A DNA stretch of 64,000 nucleotides. Source: Eledone cirrhosa (taxonomy: Eukaryota). Position 1 is the stretch's first letter. The number at the start of each line of letters is the position of its first letter. Location: positions 208,258,001 through 208,322,000 of the forward strand of contig OZ024742.1 of NCBI GenBank assembly GCA_964016885.1, in the 5' to 3' direction. Below the pieces are notes generated by a model. That model was not told the origin of the DNA. It saw only the letters and a list, made by a program, of their open reading frames with translations, and did no database searches. Below, piece by piece: positions 1 to 11,939 of the stretch. The translations under genes and the position numbers were made by a program.

Positions 1-770
1 GCACAGGCGCCGATGCTCCATTTTATTAGGTGGGGGTGAGGCTGACCCTGTACCCATCTTTCTTTACCATTTGTTTGGCATTTTCTAAATCTTCTTGAGT
101 TACCGTGAACGCTTCGAATTGTTTTGCTACGATGGCGAAACTGAGGGTCGGTTTTATACTGTCATTGTTGTTGTTGTTGCTATCGTTAATATTAATTTTA
201 GTTTCAGTTGTGGTGGTGGTGACGTCAGTCGTCTTTGGTGGGGAAGAGTCCATTTTGCTTGATTTCATTTCGACGTCACGAGTTAATTTATTTTTTTCTT
301 CTTTTGTTTCTGTTGTCGCGGTGGTGGTGGTGGTGGTGGTTGTCGCGGTGGTGGTGGTGGTGGAGGGTTTAACACCTGCAGTCATTGGTAATGGCGGGAA
401 ATGAATGTCTGCCTGAGACAAATTTAAAATATTGCTACTGCTTATATTTTGTTTTTTTTGTGTTGGCAAACGTAGTAACATTTACAATGGTGGTGTCGGT
501 GTGAGGTGTAATTTTGTGAGGAAGGCTTTCAGCTGCTTCGTGCACAGGGGAATTAGCCATTTTTTTTTCAAAGAAATTTTTGGTTAATAATAAAAGTTAA
601 AATTTTGGGCACAAGGTCCCAATCTTTTTGGGTGTCCTTTTCGGAAAACAATGTATGTGTGCTTATAAACAGTTTACAATAACATTTTCCATAAATGGCA
701 ATTTTTAAACAAACGGAAATAACAAACCTTTGCGGAGCTCACGATAATACGATTTCCTACGTAGGTCGCC
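1..770 (-). mobile_element. Probable 5' end (5'UTR + start of ORF1) of a Tx1/L1-like LINE, running off the window start
   Basis: The minus strand starts GGCGACCTACGTAGGAAATCGTATTATCGTGAGCTCC directly after (ATT)n, then a T-rich UTR, an ATG at ~561 and a Thr/Pro/Asn-rich low-complexity ORF (26..481) compositionally like the ORF1 remnant at 25.0-25.6 kb. No catalytic motif is visible. Confidence 0.4.
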
Positions 771-831
771 AATAATAATAATAATAATAATAATAATAGT
801 AATAAATTGAAAATATATCACTATAACCATC

Positions 832-914
<83 letters not shown>
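771..914. repeat. (AAT)n and (TA)n microsatellites
   Basis: (AAT)n at 771-802 and (TA)n at ~836-914, read directly. Confidence 0.95.
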
Positions 915-915
<1 letters not shown>

Positions 916-1268
916 TACCCTACTTACCCAGCTTCGCCCGGGTAAACAGATGATAAGAGAAGACAGGTAAAAGAGAAAATGACTGTATTGGATGTTTGTC
1001 TGGTTACAGTATGAGGCGAGTCCGTGGTGTCTGTGTGATATAAAAAAGAGTAAAAAAATATTCCAGATATACCAGATTCTTCCTTGTACCGTTTGTGCAT
1101 AGTATATGAACAATTCTAGGTGCTCCCACCTAGAATAGTGACCTCTATGAGATGGTTCATCTTCTGCTTGACTGTAAAATGTGTATCATTGCATAGACGT
1201 GGTTGTTCTATGTTTCTCAAAAGGATGAGGGAAGTTCCAATCTTTTATATGTAGATATAGATATAGAT
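914..1268 (-). mobile_element. Short non-autonomous Helitron retaining a helicase fragment
   Basis: Minus strand: TCTATATCTACATATAAAA-type start, then 1244->1119 translates KIGTSLILLRNIEQPRLCNDTHFTVKQKMNHLIEVTILGG (matches LLRNxxxxxLCNGTRL in both large Helitrons). 3' hairpin ACCCGGGCGAAGCTGGGT followed by GTAG|TA (degenerate CTAG). Confidence 0.7.
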
Positions 1269-1272
1269 AATT

Positions 1273-4200
1273 AATATAAAAGATGTCTGTCAATGTAAAA
1301 AAAGGTCCCTATTTACTTGAAATTAAGCCAAATTAATATGGATATGGATAATATGCTTATCTATAAGTGGTCAGCTATAATAATAAAACAACAAATTATA
1401 TGACACACAAATTTATTCAGTAATTTCCAGGCTCTTAGCCACTGAGTAATAGACAGTCAATGTTGCCCAGAGTTCAACTCGGGGAGGTGGCCTAGTTTGA
1501 ACTCCAAATGGCGGATCCTTCTACTTCGAAAATAGAATCGATTTTCAATATTACTTTAGCCCTGGCCGGCCATAGGCACCAAACGTTTTTCCAGACTCAG
1601 CATATGATGAGGTTTTATTACCACCGCTATCAGAAGCGATAAATTTGAAGGCAATTTCTACCAATACTTGTTGGTTTTTATTGCTCATTATCGACAATAA
1701 ATGACATTGAACAGAAATGATAACTCTGGCAAAGCTCACAATACTGATCAAAGGACACCAATGTCTGAATCAACTACGTCGAATATTCATCGCAGTAAAG
1801 GCAATTTCTACCAATACTTGTTGGTATTTATTGCGCAACATAGCAGTGAAAGCAATTTTTACCAATACTTGTTTGTTTTTATTGACATTGAACATAAATG
1901 ATAACTCTGTCAAAGCTCACAATACTGATCAAAGGACACCAATGTCCGAATCATTTACATCGCTTATTGATCGCTTAAAAATGTGCATACATCAGCTCAA
2001 AGCTTCATTAAAGACAATATTCAGGGTTGTTCCTCTGTTAGTGGTATCAATTGCAACTTTTACACCATCAGGATCGCACACTCGAGATGCAGCAATATAC
2101 AGTTGACCATGGCTGAATGCTGGATCATTCAAGTAGACACCGACTCGCTTGAAAGCCTGTCCCTGTGCCTGGTTGACAGTCATGGAGAGGGCCAAGTTGA
2201 CGAGAAACTGTCTCCTTCGCCAAATGAATGGCAGCAGATCTTCACTTGGTCTCAGCATGATCCTCGGAATGAGAACCGAGTCCACTCTGCCTGGGAGTTT
2301 AGCTTCTAAAACTCTTCCGTTAATCAATCTCTCAACAATCAATCTGGTACCATTGCAAAGACCCATTTCATGATTGATATTTCTAAGCAATATAATCGGC
2401 ATACCCATTTTCAACCTCAAAATATGTGGGGGGTATCCGGGTGTTTGAAGTGAATTCAGATACTCAGTCGGAACATCCATATTGTTCTGCTGATTAGGCT
2501 CCATTGCATCCGCACTGACGGTAAACCATTCCTCTCCGGGAAACATTCCGGCTACTTGTAAATTTATTTCATCGACCGTTGCATTCGTATGAGTTAGAAT
2601 AACGCGTTCCGATATCCAGGAGATATTCTGCCAAAAAGCATTCAAATTAGTCAATCAATGCTTGGCGGCCCAGTGGCATGACCAAATGGTCTGGGATTCT
2701 TACAGTTTGATTATCACCAACGTGTGGCAATTCATCGTTTCCCAACTGCATCAACCATCGGCCGTATGTCTCAGCCTCTTCGTTTTGCCCGAACATACGA
2801 AGTCGTGTAATCGGAAAACTCTGAAATGACGCCACAACGGGGTCTTTTTCAGACATGCATCGACAATTTGCGTTCTTCGAGCATTCCTAACAATTGGTAG
2901 CACCTGTCTGAAATCGCCACCAAGAACGATAGTCTTGATCACTACCGCAGATATCTCTCAAACTTCTGTCCAATGCCTCCATCAAATATCTGTGTGTCAT
3001 TGGAGCCTCGTCCCAAATTATCAGAGACGTACTGCGTATAAGGCCCGCGAGTTCACTTTGTCCTGTAATGTTACAGACACCCAACTCATCCGGAGCCAAT
3101 GCAGCCTTGAAGCCTGAGTGGAAGGTCCTTCCACCACTCAGTACAGTGGCAGCGACCCCACTGGTGGCCACAGGGAGAGCAATCTTCCTCTGAGCTCTGA
3201 ATGCCGATAACATAGTGTTGAAACAGAATGTCTTTCCGGTGCCTCCTGGAGAATCTATCAAAGCACAAAGTTGCTCATTAGTGGAAATCGAATGGAGAAC
3301 GCCATCGACCAATTCTTTCTGAGATTAGGTTAACATTGGCATACGTTCATCCACAATACGTTGCTCTTCCAGTGTATCGAACTGGAATAGTTACCTCCGA
3401 TCGAGTGGCAACCGTCTAAGCTGCAATCTCACGTTCAATACTAAGACACGTTGCCGCATTTCTTCATCAGGAATTGGCAAATTGAAATCTGTTAAACATT
3501 TGATATGAACTTCAAGCAGATGCTCAATATTGAGCAAAACAATAGCTTTCATCAAATTTTCATCATCGACCTGAAGAGGATGTCTAAAATCATCAGCCAT
3601 AATTCCCCAATGGCGTTCAAATAACTCTCTTGGATCGGCAGTTTTGCAGAATCCTAGAATCGTGACAAACAACTACCTTATTTGAGTTGACGTCTGTGTT
3701 TTTACTGCAGCTTCCATGGCGTTATTCCATTCAGCGTCATCCTGAAGGAGTCCCAGATACTGACACACAGCCTGGTATGTTTCATATTCCACGCCATTGA
3801 TTGTTTTCAAATCGGCGAAGCTCTGTTTACCTCTCGAAAAATCATTATGCAACAGAATTCGGAGATAAAACCCATCACCATATGCTGGATGGACATTACA
3901 AATCCGTCCAATAGTTATGAATCTCAACTTTTGTTTTCTATCATTCCATTTCTTTCCCTTCTTATCCCACGTATAGTGCGAAGGGAAATCGCAGTAGAGT
4001 TGCCTTTCATCCGGGTTCAAAGCATGTTCCCTATTATGCTTGAACCACTCAGTCAATTCCGTCTTAGGGGGTGGTGCGTTAGCAATTCTTTCGACACCTC
4101 TTCTAGTGTCCTGAAAACAGACCACTTGCCTATTCTCTAACTGAACGGTCAGTTTCTGAACGCTGGGTTTTCGCTCATTGAGATCAAAATCGAACAATCT

Positions 4201-7200
4201 CCAGCAAGCTTCACTAGATCCAATCGAGCGAACATCCTGGAACCTGCCAACTTCATCTCCTTGGTTCGCGTCCTCATGCCTGACATTGATCATTGCACGA
4301 TCATGACCTTTGTAAACATATTTGAATAAATATTTGCAAGCTTTCACTGAGCTACAAATTTACACATTAATATAACAACGATATTTCATAATCAAATATA
4401 GATTGTATGGCCCAACCCATTGATTTGTAACCTGTCGACTGTTTACATTTTCGACCAAACCGCCATCTGCAGGCGACCGTCTACTGTATGAGAGATGAGC
4501 ATCCCCATCGTTCCAGGAAGTGTTCGTGACAAAAGATTTCGGAAAGTTCTTACTGCATTGGCCATTTTTCATGCAAGTCGCTTTCCGATTTGCCTCTCCG
4601 CATTGGTTATGCACCATTGACTTTGCCACCAAGTTTCGTAGTGCCTCATTCTCCAGCAGTTCAGCACACTCAGTGCTGTCGACATCCTCAGCATATCTCA
4701 ATTTGCAATCTCTATGTAAAATGATCAGCAAATATGCATGTGGCAATCCACTTTTTGGGAATTCAATTACGTATGTAAAAGCAACTATACCTCCAAAGAT
4801 TCCCTCTTTTTCCACATCATCCATTATCTTTTTCAGATATCCTTTGAGAAAACTCTTACCACAATATCAGGACGGTCCTTTGGCTGTTGTCCTAGAAAAA
4901 GTGCATCCTTAATATCAGTCCATTCAGGATTGCATGTAACCGTTATAAACAAATCTGGCTTTCCAAACTTTCTGACAATAGCCATTGCATCCAGATAGTA
5001 ATGTTCAAATATCTCGGGCCGCCGATGAACGACGATGGCAAAATGATAAGTCGACCAATTTGTTTGGAATTGGCATCATCGGCTGTTATAGCATCCTGTA
5101 TATTATTATAAAATTCAGCTCTGATGTGTTGCTGATGTTTACCTATATAATTTAGCTTTTGATTTTCGATATTTGCGAATGCCATAAAACAGTATTCCTG
5201 GAACAATGTTGATTCCTCTCGTTCAAATGGAACGCGTAAAAGTCGCGTATCAAATTATTGTGTCTATTTCCGCCTCCCTGTTGATGCTGATTATCATGAT
5301 CATCTAAATGAACGGACATGTTCCATCCATTTTCCCCTTTTGGGAATAAAAGAACATAATGCAAGGGATCGTATGCCCTATTTGACTCATTGATAGTCTT
5401 GAGACCACCATCTCCGCGATTGAGGACGATATCTCTCGATCCAGGCTTATCGTCCATCAACACAGCAACTTCACGAAATCCTTCAAGGGCATTATATTGC
5501 CGTTCGTGTTGATTCCTTGGCACTGCCTCAGCCTTAATCACCAATGTTTGCTGCTGAACATTTTGCAGTTCAGCCACCAACATAAATCCATAACATAAGG
5601 ATTACACTGTCTAAGCCATGATTGCAAATCACGGATCAAATCACTTAACTTTTGCCGTTCAAGTTCAGTTATATTTCCCGGCAACTTCATCCAACGGATC
5701 CTTATATCCTCCTCCAATTTACTATAATCTGGATCTTTAACGTAAATTTGAGCGAATCAAGGCCTCTCTCCTGGGGTAACTTCTAAATTACCGATACAAT
5801 GATACAAACAGCCTTGAATGACTACATTTGGTTGCCATGCTCCACTCTCAAACATCTCACCAACTCTCTGCGATGCTAAATCTAATGAATTGTTAATTTG
5901 CCGCGAATATTTGCGCAGTAATCTACCTCGGTCTCCTTGATCACCCCACGTACTTAGTATTTTAATCTCCGGTGACTCCTCATCATCCGGTATTCGCATG
6001 GGTGCTAGTTGAACTGATCCATTATGACAGCACATTGCGGTCAATGCCCCACAATGTGGACACTCTGCTCATCCACCAATCTGAAAATGATACGGTTGCC
6101 ATGATCCATTGTTAATATCATTCGTTCGCCTTCTAGCCTCTTTACTGGAATGAGAAGAACTTTGGCGATACATTCTCTGAACTTCTGTATTGCGCTGGCG
6201 CTGTTCAGCCATCTCCTCTTCAACCATCGCAGCACGCCGTTGCTGCTGAATTCTGGCCATCTACTGATGATGCTCAGCCAGTTCGTCTTCAACCATAGCA
6301 GCACGCTGTCGCTGCTTGGCTCCATTGTTTCGTTGGCGTTGTTCAGCCATCTCATCTTCATTCATGGCGGCACGTCATTGCCTCTGAAATTCGGCGTTCC
6401 GATGGCGCTGTTCGGCCCGTTTTTCTTTATTGCTGGCTGCACGCTGTCGCCGCTATAGTCCACTTTTGATAAAGTTGAATTGCTTTTATTATCAGTATTC
6501 ATTTCGAGTAATTGTCAAAAAAATGACACAATAATAAATATAAAAGATGTCCGTCAATGTAAAGAAAGGTCCCTATTTACTCCCTTCACAACTCTGTGTA
6601 TGTTAGACTGACAGACAGGCACACACACAGATACACTGCTTGGCGATTGTGGAACGCCACACACATACACGCATGGAAACGCGGACACGCACGCAAACTT
6701 ACACACGCACACACTCACACATCTTGATAGTTTTTACTTTCTGTGGAACGCTGCACGCACGCACACACACATAAACATACGCGCACGTACATACAGACGC
6801 ACACAAGTTAATAGTTATGAACACAGCGTTCACACTCTCCCCTCTCACTCCCTCATTGGCATTATGTATATTAATTTCAGTTTGGCGTCGTTGAGAAGGG
6901 CGGAGTCGTTTGAAACCTATGAACCAATGATAATGGAGCATTGTGACACACGGAATACTGGCGTTCTTGAAATTAATAAATAGACAAGAACACAGACAGA
7001 GAAACTGCGTGGCGATTGTGGAACGCCGCACGTACACACACATGCACGCATGGAAACGCACACAAGCAGGCAAACTTACACACACGCACGCACTCACACA
7101 TGTTGATAGTTTTTACTTTCTGTGGAACGATAGACGCATAAACTTACGCGCACGTACATACACACGCACACATGTTAATAGTTATTGCTTTCCTTCCCCT

Positions 7201-7437
7201 CTTATTTCCACACACATCACACACACACACACACACACACACATGTCTCTATACTGACACATATACATAGTGTATCCAACACAGCGTTCACCTTGCCTCT
7301 CTGTTTCTTACTCTCCCCTCTCACTCCCTCATTAGCATTATGCATATTAATTTAAGTTTGGCGTCGTTGAGGTGGGCGAAGTCGTTTGAAACCAATGATA
7401 ATCGAGAATTATGACACACGGAATACTGATGTTGAAA

Positions 7438-7440
<3 letters not shown>
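1273..7440 (-). mobile_element. Helitron 1 (decayed autonomous element; outer boundaries uncertain)
   Basis: Contains the Rep/helicase pseudogene. The upstream region has a duplicated CA-rich block (~6640-6960 and ~7010-7430); the downstream region has tandem duplications (1650-1955). Confidence 0.75.
1992..6501 (-). pseudogene. Helitron Rep/helicase transposase, frameshifted and with stops
   Basis: Consecutive ORF pieces: N-terminal 23-aa repeats; CCHNG Zn motif; YDPLHYVLLFPKGENGW; ILPSSFIGGPRY; HUH region VIEFPKSGLPHAY; Y2 motif KYLFKYVYKG; Walker A SPGGTGKT; IIWDEAPM; GDFRQVLP; LCNGTRL; FSHGQLYIAASRV. Confidence 0.95.
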
Positions 7441-7472
<32 letters not shown>

Positions 7473-7475
<3 letters not shown>

Positions 7476-7820
7476 AAAGAACACAAGAGCTTCTACAACA
7501 TCAAAAGGTTTTTATTGGCTTACAATGTTTCTTCCTTACGTAACCGTAGGATTCGTCAGAGCTATAAAAGGGGTTTGATTGGTGTTATGGACTCTACCAA
7601 CCAAACATTCAAGAACAAAGAGTAAAGAGAGTAAAGAGCAAAAGTAGGGGACGATAAGTCTAATTTTGGTGCGGGAGGGTGGGGTGTGGGTCCTTGTTTA
7701 CTAGCTGCGGTCATATTCATTCCCGGGAGTCGAGTGGTTAGCTGAACCATAGATGGAGTGGCGTCGATAGTATGGTGCAGAGGGTGTGCAGAGTCTACAC
7801 AAACACAAAGGGCATACAAT
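7473..7820 (-). mobile_element. Penelope-like pseudo-LTR remnant between (TA)n tracts
   Basis: Carries a hammerhead motif; its 3' end abuts (TA)n at ~7472 and another TA tract lies at ~7820. Confidence 0.5.
7517..7563 (-). ncRNA. Minimal type-I hammerhead ribozyme motif
   Basis: Minus strand: GCT-CTGACGA-aTCCT acggttacgta AGGAa-GAAA-CATTG-TA-AGC, i.e. CUGANGA and GAAA boxes, stem II and a short stem I. Confidence 0.7.
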
Positions 7821-7899
7821 ATATATATATATATAATGGAGGAGAAAGTACATGAGGTAATTAGAAATGGAAAAAGAGTAATAATTAATAATCTATAAT

Positions 7900-8002
7900 T
7901 AATTGTTTCTACTTTAGGCACAAGGCCAGCAATTACCCAGTGCATTACTGGTACTTTATTTTATCGACCCCGTAAGGATGAAAGGCAAAGTCAACCTCGG
8001 CA
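7900..8002 (-). mobile_element. tRNA-derived SINE, family S1 (MetaSINE-like core), 3' part
   Basis: Reverse complement of the core GCCTTTCATCCTTACGGGGTCGATAAAATAAAGTACCAG shared by ~18 copies in the window. Confidence 0.8.
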
Positions 8003-8777
8003 ATGTATAATAAGGCATGGGGAAGATTACACTATAATAAGGTATAAAAGTAAGAATAAGGTAAAATATAAAGGAGGATAAAAGTGAAAATAAGAATAAA
8101 GATAAAAAATATATATGTAAAAAAATATATAGAGAATATATAAAGAAATATAAGCGAGTATTTGGAGGGGAAAACACAATGTAAAAAAAACGATTTTTTC
8201 AAATAAAAATAAAAATATTATAATTATGCGGGGAGAAAACGGGATAGAGAAATATGATCAAATGTGATTAGTTGAGAGAGTATAAGATGATAATAGGTAT
8301 GTCAAGTTTATACATCTTAATAATAAATAATCTGTATATCAGAGTTACAGAACCTTCAATTCACTTACAGGTTCAAGCCACGTGGCATAGTCCATTGTTT
8401 ATCTGTGCGGTCATGTGGGTTTGTTTTTGACACCACAGCAGATGCACAAGTTCGTAAATTCCAATGCAGATAGAAATCTATTTTTGCTCACCCAGACATT
8501 AACGGAGGATCCAATATTCCTAGTTCAATATGTGTGTGGTGTTATTTTGGTCGCACAAATCAATCACTTGGTTCAATATTATGGAGTATGGTTTTCTGGT
8601 CTTCGTAACAGTGTCAGTGGTTGTATATCTCGAAATCACAAGGATCACAGTACTCCGCTTTGGTGTGATTATCGGTCATCCAGCTATTTGTTGGTGGTTG
8701 GATTCAATTCTATTGCCCCGAACATAGAACTTTGGTGTCGATAAAACATTAACGAGGCAGGGTGAGGTCGCATATAT

Positions 8778-9000
8778 ATATGAAAGACGTAAAATAAGAA
8801 AATTAGAAATTAACTTACTTACTAAATTTTAGTAAGTAAGTTAATTTCTAATTTTTAAAATTTTCTTATTTTACGTCTTTCATATAATTGTTCTGCATCC
8901 CCCTGCATAGAACCACCTAGGTACTTTGACATAACTTATATATTTGCTAGCATTAGTGTACATCTGTACACTAGATGTTGGTAGATGTACTAATTTTCTC
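8778..9000. repeat. Fold-back (inverted repeat 8778-8885) plus unique tail between TA tracts
   Basis: TATGAAAGACGTAAAATAAGAAAATT...AGAAATTAACTTACTTACTA / TAGTAAGTAAGTTAATTTCT...AATTTTCTTATTTTACGTCTTTCATA. Confidence 0.8.
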
Positions 9001-9173
9001 TCTCTATATATATATAGAGAGAGTTGGAATATATATATAAATGAAAATAGGGAGAAAAAGACGATTATTAGGAAGAAAAATATTTTCCTTTTATTTTTTT
9101 CTATTTTTTCTGGGTTAGAAAGTGTTTGAAACAAAATTAAGTGTTAAGGTATTAGTTATTTTTTTAATTAATA

Positions 9174-9211
<38 letters not shown>

Positions 9212-9214
9212 TCA

Positions 9215-9261
<47 letters not shown>

Positions 9262-9262
9262 A

Positions 9263-9302
<40 letters not shown>

Positions 9303-10209
9303 CATCATGTATATATATATACATAGACATGCGCTTCCTGAAAAATTGATGATAGAATGTGGTAAACCAAGTCATCAGAATATTCTGGGATTGTCTTCTA
9401 ACACAAATGGCCTCCTATGTCTTGTGAATCTACACTCATAATTGATTATATAATAGTTACATTAAGCAACGCCAATCTCGCTGCTATTATCCATCATTCA
9501 GAAACATCTATTAATAAGCAGGAATTTTATATTTATTGGTAACACGATCAAATATTTATTAGAGGGAATCACACCACCCTCTGTATATGCAATGTTTCCA
9601 CTACGTTATCTGTTTCCCCATAATAAATAAGCAGAGAAAAATCCACCGCAACAGATGGAGTTTTTCAAGGATCTTGGAACCCTTTTTATTGTGTGCGTCT
9701 AGCATGTGATAATAGGCGCTCGATATAATCACGCAAGTCAAAAATATTAGGTCGCATAAAGTGTGCATGAAGAAAGGTAACGCCTTTCTACACGTATCAT
9801 GGGTTATCCTGATTTCCTGGGTAATGGCCCCATTAAGCTACTCACGTACCCTCATTGGCAGTGAATTTGTGAATTTATACAAACAGAAAGTAAAATCCAC
9901 ATAAATTCCTGTAGAGTTTATCTAGATTGAAAACTGAAGCTTTGCAAAGGATCATGTTAAGCAGTTATACTTAAACAAGCAGATGTCTCAAACGTTTATA
10001 TCAGAGAAGCAGTGGTACTCTCTAGAGAAGGCAACAGCAAAAACTTAATGCTGCGTAATTTGAAATTTGATGTAAATGAATAAAATAGGTAATTATGCAT
10101 AGTACTCTACAAATAATTGTATACTGTTGGTTTTATTAGTGTGTCACTTGTTCTTGTTGATGTTGAAGACGACAACGATGACAATGACAACGACGATAAC
10201 AATGACAAC

Positions 10210-10244
<35 letters not shown>

Positions 10245-11456
10245 CAATGACTACGCTAATAATTTGGCTTCATTACACTGATATCAGTTTTACAATTTAC
10301 TCAACTATGAAATGTGCCGATACAAGACAAACAAACCAGTGCTTACATGTCACGAAATAATGAAACGAAATCTATTTATCTATCTATCTCTCTCTCTCTA
10401 TATATATATAAATGCAAGTTTACGATTTTGTGTGTCCACTTAAACTAGCAAACTACCAGACCAAACTCCTCAAAATTACATGTACATATTCACTATACAC
10501 TCGGACAGGTAACGCTCGAAAAAGTGTTACTTTGCAAAGCAAGGAATTCATTTAAATTCAATTTATCTTATTTTCTAATGAATATCAAAAGATATTATCC
10601 ATTTTGTTTTTTATGTTCTCCAGTCTGTAGATAAGAGAGTGAGGGATGGGAGAGAGAAAGAGAGAGAGTGGGATATGGGAGAGAGAGTAAGGGGATGAGA
10701 GAGAAAGAAAGAGAGAGTAGATGGGCGAGAGGGAGTAAGGGGATGTGAGATAGAAAGAAAGAGAGTAAGGGGATGAGAGAGAAAGAGGATGAAAGAGAGA
10801 GAGGGAAAGTAACCAGCGTTCTTAACTTTTATTTATTATTTTTACACACATTTTAACTCTCCCGCTTCCTTAACGTTATTTATCTCTTCTTTATTTTTTG
10901 TTCTCTATTCCGTAGAGAGAGGGGGGATGTGAGAGAGAGAGGGGTGGGGGGTGGCTAGCGTTCATTAACTTTATTTATTATTTTTACACACTTCTTAACT
11001 CTCCCAATGTTATTTATCTTTTATTTATTTTTGTTTTGCTATTGTGTAAGAATGAGAGAGAGAAAGAAAGAGAAGAGATGAGAAAGAGAAAGGGAATGAG
11101 GTGGATGGGGAGAAAAAGACAATAAGAAAAGTGAAAAGATGGGAGAGAGGAAAAAAAGTAAAGAGGCAGGAGAGAAGGAGGGTGATTGGAGGGATTCTTT
11201 AACTAACGTGTGTCCACGTTTATATGTATATTCACACACACATATGTGTGTGTTATGGGGGGGGGGGGGCGTTCTTTAATAGACGATTTATTTTACCATC
11301 AAAACTTATTTTCTATATATGTCTAAAGAAATCACAGATGCTTTTATAGAAGTTGTATATATGTATGTATTTAACAGTCAAAAAAAATAAAACGGTATAT
11401 TTAAAAGATATTATATGAATATATTATTTTCCGCTGTTATTTGAATTAACACATTA

Positions 11457-11640
11457 GGCGGTGGATTGGCAGTATCAGTAGAGGGTCGGACACCATGCTT
11501 TCCAGCATAGTTACGTCCCTTTACGATCTGAGTTCAAATCCCGCCGAGGTTGACTTTGCCTTTCATCCTTACGGGGTCGATAAAATAAAGTACCAGTAAT
11601 GCACTGGGTAATTGCTGGCCTTGTGCCTAAAGTAGCAACA
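11457..11640 (+). mobile_element. SINE S1, full-length copy
   Basis: Head GGCGGTGGATTGGCAGTATCAGTAGAG (A-box-like), B-box GAGTTCAAATCCC, Meta-like core, tail GCCTTGTGCCTAAAGTAG. Confidence 0.85.
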
Positions 11641-11847
11641 GTTATTTGAATTAACACAGAAAATATTTTTTTTGTTGTGTTTGTCGTTTTTTGGATACAA
11701 TCTGAAATCCCAATATTTTCTACATATGTCTAAAATTAATTACACCTAATATACATTCATATAAATAGATGATTTAAAAACAACATTACTGAGTGAACAA
11801 TACATTCTATACTTGTTTCTATTTCGAAAAGAGTGCTGTGTGTAATA

Positions 11848-11913
11848 ATTGTTTCTACTTTTGGCACAAGGCCGGCAATTATCCCAGTGCATTACTGGTA
11901 CTTTATTTTATCG
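11848..11913 (-). mobile_element. SINE S1 3' fragment
   Basis: AATTGTTTCTACTTTTGGCACAAGGCC...TTTTATCG. Confidence 0.7.
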
Positions 11914-11939
11914 TGTGGTGTGTAATAATATCACTTCAA

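Noticed and set aside
105-404. Hydrophobic 99-aa 'membrane protein' ORF
   Set aside because: Antisense shadow of the ACC/AAC-rich repeat ORF on the minus strand.
1551-1960. Possible accessory Zn-binding ORF (CELCQSYHFC..IGRNC) downstream of Helitron 1
   Set aside because: It lies in locally duplicated sequence with stops in that frame; no consistent reading frame.
8340-8750. Possible GIY-YIG C-terminal remnant (..EYWILR.., ..MPRGLNL*) on the minus strand
   Set aside because: The motifs are in inconsistent frames and spacing; too degraded to support.
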